Below, piece by piece: positions 63,958 to 64,000 of a stretch of 64,000 nt of DNA; position 1 is the stretch's first letter, and the number at the start of each line of letters is the position of its first letter. The stretch is from contig CM022672.1 in the NCBI GenBank assembly GCA_012295275.1, positions 11,036,001 to 11,100,000 of the forward strand, read 5' to 3'. This stretch comes from Chrysomallon squamiferum. Taxonomy: Eukaryota; Animalia; Mollusca. The position numbers were made by a program, and so were the translations under genes. The notes under the pieces are model-generated. The model made no database searches. It was not told the DNA's origin and worked only from the letters and a program-made list of their open reading frames with translations.

Positions 63958-64000
63958 GTGGGGTGTCTGGAAACCCTGAACAGAAACCGCAAACAAAGAG
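63958..64000 (+). other. Candidate exon running off the window end
   Basis: Strong acceptor atttatttcag|G followed by an abrupt rise in GC content. Product unidentifiable from 43 nt. Confidence 0.45.

Overview
AT-rich, microsatellite-rich animal genomic DNA. It is probably a gastropod mollusc, inferred from recalled similarity of degenerate tRNA-SINE copies and not database-verified. The window holds one complete protein-coding gene: MARCHF5/MITOL (mitochondrial RING-CH E3 ligase, 289 aa) on the minus strand, with six coding exons from 57704 down to 8816 and an ETS-site promoter near 58.0 kb. Four introns are short (258-1282 bp) but intron 4 is 45,281 bp. That intron contains a dead pogo/Tigger transposase carrying a three-junction templated duplication of apparently identical copies. 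It also contains a CpG-rich duplicated YY1+E-box cassette just upstream of the transposase, degenerate SINEs, old minisatellites and many 300-600 bp non-coding high-complexity islands that look like enhancers. Beyond the promoter are two MITE-like inverted repeats and splice signals suggesting 5' exons of a divergent plus-strand gene. Almost all other ORFs in the track are low-complexity noise. No novel system can be proven from sequence alone. The best leads are the giant-intron regulatory landscape, the intronic promoter-like cassette and the templated rearrangement.
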